Source of the DNA: Amoebidium appalachense
Taxonomy: Eukaryota > Protista > Ichthyosporea
Direction: 5' to 3'
Assembly: GCA_963693365.1 (NCBI GenBank)
Contig: CAVNZM010000006.1
Location: 11,597,355-11,661,354, forward strand
DNA: 64,000 nt
The translations under genes were made by a program, and so were the position numbers. Below the pieces are notes generated by a model, which saw only the letters and a list, made by a program, of their open reading frames with translations, had not been told where the DNA came from and ran no database searches. Shown here piece by piece: positions 61,481 to 64,000 of the stretch. Numbering within the stretch: the stretch's first letter is position 1; every line of letters starts with the position of its first letter.

Positions 61481-61730
61481 ACCCAGCCACAATCTCTCTA
61501 ATCGGATTTTAGACCCAGCCACAATCTCTCTGATCGGATTTTAGACCCAGCCACAGTCGCTCTAATCGGATTTTAGGCCCAGCCACAATCCCTCTGATCG
61601 GATTTTAGACCCAGCCACAATCGCTCTAATCGGATTTTAGGCCCAGCCACAATCTCTCTAATCGGATTTTAGACCCAGCCACAATCTCTCTAATCGGATT
61701 TTAGACCAGCCACAATCTCTCTAATCGGGT
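61481..61730. repeat. 32-bp tandem repeat between the convergent formin and DAP 3' ends
   Basis: acccagccacaatctctctaatcggattttag x8, abutting the DAP stop codon. Confidence 0.93.
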
Positions 61731-61845
61731 TTAGCGCGGTTGCTGGATTGGGATTGGTGCGCCGCCACTTGGCCGACGGTCCAAATGCCTCGGCTCGGGC
61801 TTGTCGTCGGGCCGGTGGGGCACAGCCTTGGCTGCAGTGGAGGAT

Positions 61846-61904
<59 letters not shown>

Positions 61905-61905
61905 C

Positions 61906-61943
<38 letters not shown>

Positions 61944-62758
61944 GTGTGTGTGTGCACATTTGTGTGTTTTGGTGGTGGTGGTGGAGGGCAAACAGAGAGG
62001 CCTAGGGGAGGGGAGGGGGGGGGTGTTGTTAGCCAGCTGGGCCAGCAGGTGCGTTAGATCTAATAATAGATGTGATACATTGATGACTTGGTCTGATACG
62101 GGCCATGGCTAGGGCGGTCACACGTGTGGCTGTGGGTTGCACTATCACAGCACAGTCACCGCATGCACATGTTTGCCGGCCTTCCCTTATGCATGTGGGC
62201 TTGTCACGGTTTTACAGCATGTCGCAGAGCTGGTCCTCCTCCTCCTCCCCCCCCCCCCCCCCCCCCCCCCCCCCTCTCCTTCCCCCTCCCCCACTTCTCA
62301 CAAAAAAAAAAATTTTTTTTTTGAAAAAAAGAACCCTCCCCAAGACGCCCACCTTCTATGGTTTTTCTTTTAGCACACACAGGCACACAAGGAGGTTTGT
62401 GGCTGTAAATTGTACCCCCCTCCCTCCCCCCTCCCCTCCCCCCCCCCCCCCCCCCCCCCCTCCCCCCCCCTCCTTTCTTTTGCATGGTCCTGCACCACCG
62501 GGAAGGAGGGGGGGGTTCATTACTAGGGTGGCCTAGCTTGTACTAGTTTCCCAGGTGCTTCAGGTTCTATCACATCATAATGATAGGATAGGTGTGTTTT
62601 GAACACAACCACACATGCATGTTGGATATGCATATGGACACAACCAAACATGCATATGGACATGTAAACCCTTGCACCAACACACCCACCCGCCCACCAT
62701 TGGTCAACCCCGAGGCACAACTTACAGTAGCCAGCTGCAAAAGTCATGCTCCCGTATC

Positions 62759-62791
<33 letters not shown>

Positions 62792-63185
62792 ACACACACA
62801 CACAGGCATACACACCCTTCTCCTTCTTCTCCCCCTCTGTGTCGCTCTGACTCTCACTGGCTCTGCGTGTGCGCTCTGCCTCCACCTTCTCCTGCACCCC
62901 CATACGGTTGGCCCTGTGCCCCCCAGTCAGTATGTCAGCCACACAGCACCCCCCAGCAGGCAGGCACGTACGGCTTGACGGGGTGGTGGTGGGCTGCCTG
63001 CTTGATGCGCATACCCCCAGCCATCACTGTAGAAGAAAGGGGGGGGGGGGGGTCAGCAGGTTTAGGGATTGTGCCACGGGCATTGAGGAGTCCTGACAGC
63101 TGACGCTGTCCTGACAAACATTTTTCATATTAATTTTCACATGTGCCAGGGACACCCAGCAGACCAATCCTCTCTCTCTCGCACG

Positions 63186-63226
<41 letters not shown>

Positions 63227-63922
63227 CGTGAGGAATGGGGGCAGAGATGTTCCAAGAGGAACTCTCTCAAGCTCCTATAGCATAGGCCAACATTCACACA
63301 CACGTACAGAGTGAAAAATGGGGAACCACAGCAAACAAACCGCACACGGTGCAGCAACTGTTTGGGTCCTTTCCCTTTTCACACGTGTGGATGCATCTCA
63401 CTTGCCAGCAGCTTGCAGGGCACGGGCCTACTCATACACACACGCACACCTAACCAACCAGATGTGACAAACTTACAAGACTGTCCAAAAAGGCGTACCG
63501 TTTTAAGCAACCAGCCAACAAACCAGCGCTGTAACACACACATGCACACGCACACGTATGCGCGCACACACAAGTGCAGTTCCACAGCCTGCATGGCCCC
63601 GAGGCTGGCCAAGAGCCAATTCCAAAGTTTGCCTCATTACTTCACAGAGAGTTCTAGAGCTCCACAGCCTACCATACGCGTGCCATGCTACAGCTGGTCA
63701 TGCAGTACTAGTCTGGTGGGTGAAAGAGGAAAAAAATGTGTTCCATATCGAAAGTTGCCATGTGTGTTGCTTTTTCGAGCTATAAAGCCCGTGGCCGTGC
63801 CTGGGTAGCCCTTTCCCATGTGTTCTATGCATCCCAACTCCCCCTAAGTGGGCCGCACCTGCTTTGGGGTGGCCGGCTAGGACTTCCTCGGTCGTGGCAT
63901 TATGATCCCCTGGGCTGGACAT
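61731..63922 (-). CDS. DAP: Death-associated protein 1 (DAP/DAPL1 family), about 105 aa, 4 exons
   Basis: Exons 63922-63859, 63026-62972, 62913-62816, 61831-61731 join in frame via GT-AG introns: MSSP...AGHPKA-VMAGGMRIKQ...IQQPR*, matching the family motifs AGHPPAVKAGGMRI and IQQPR. Confidence 0.9.
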
Positions 63923-64000
63923 GGTCAAGGTCCTGTTACCTACTCGCGTAGAGTGCGGTGATAGATGCAAAGAGGGTGCGGGCAGGCTGGCTTGTATGGT

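Noticed and set aside
61481-61730. 32-bp repeats (and other minisatellites) as a CRISPR array
   Set aside because: Units are head-to-tail with no unique spacers, there are no cas genes, and the context is eukaryotic
61690-61760. Minus-strand peptide ATALNPIREIVAGLK resembling the N-terminus of tyrosine aminotransferase
   Set aside because: No downstream aminotransferase exons; the overlapping frame is the DAP C-terminus and the motif lies in the 3' tandem repeat

Overview
Eukaryotic genomic DNA. It is GC-rich and intron-dense, and the introns are full of (CA)n, (GA)n and poly-C/G. The gene set (Diaphanous-type formin, DAP1, NDUFA4, LUC7) points to an opisthokont, plausibly a unicellular holozoan; that placement is inference only. 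Bases 628-12824 are a Polinton/Maverick-like element with 215-bp TIRs, a putative 4-bp TSD (GTGA), a protein-primed PolB and a retroviral-like integrase. It has no recognisable capsid, packaging ATPase or adenain protease. Instead it carries an Erv1/Alr sulfhydryl oxidase and two ORFs that resemble conserved giant-virus (NCLDV) families. Its polymerase gene is split by a young non-autonomous LTR element (605-bp LTRs, 5-bp TSD), and removing that element in silico restores one in-frame ORF of about 1579 aa. The rest of the window holds spliced host genes: an MFS transporter, a sphingomyelin/IPC synthase-family gene, a small secreted six-cysteine peptide, LUC7, an NDUFA4-like gene, a formin and a DAP1 homolog. 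There are also several MITEs and minisatellites. The formin appears to carry a CBM25-like starch-binding module inserted inside its FH2 domain. All family calls come from motif recognition by eye; no database searches were run.
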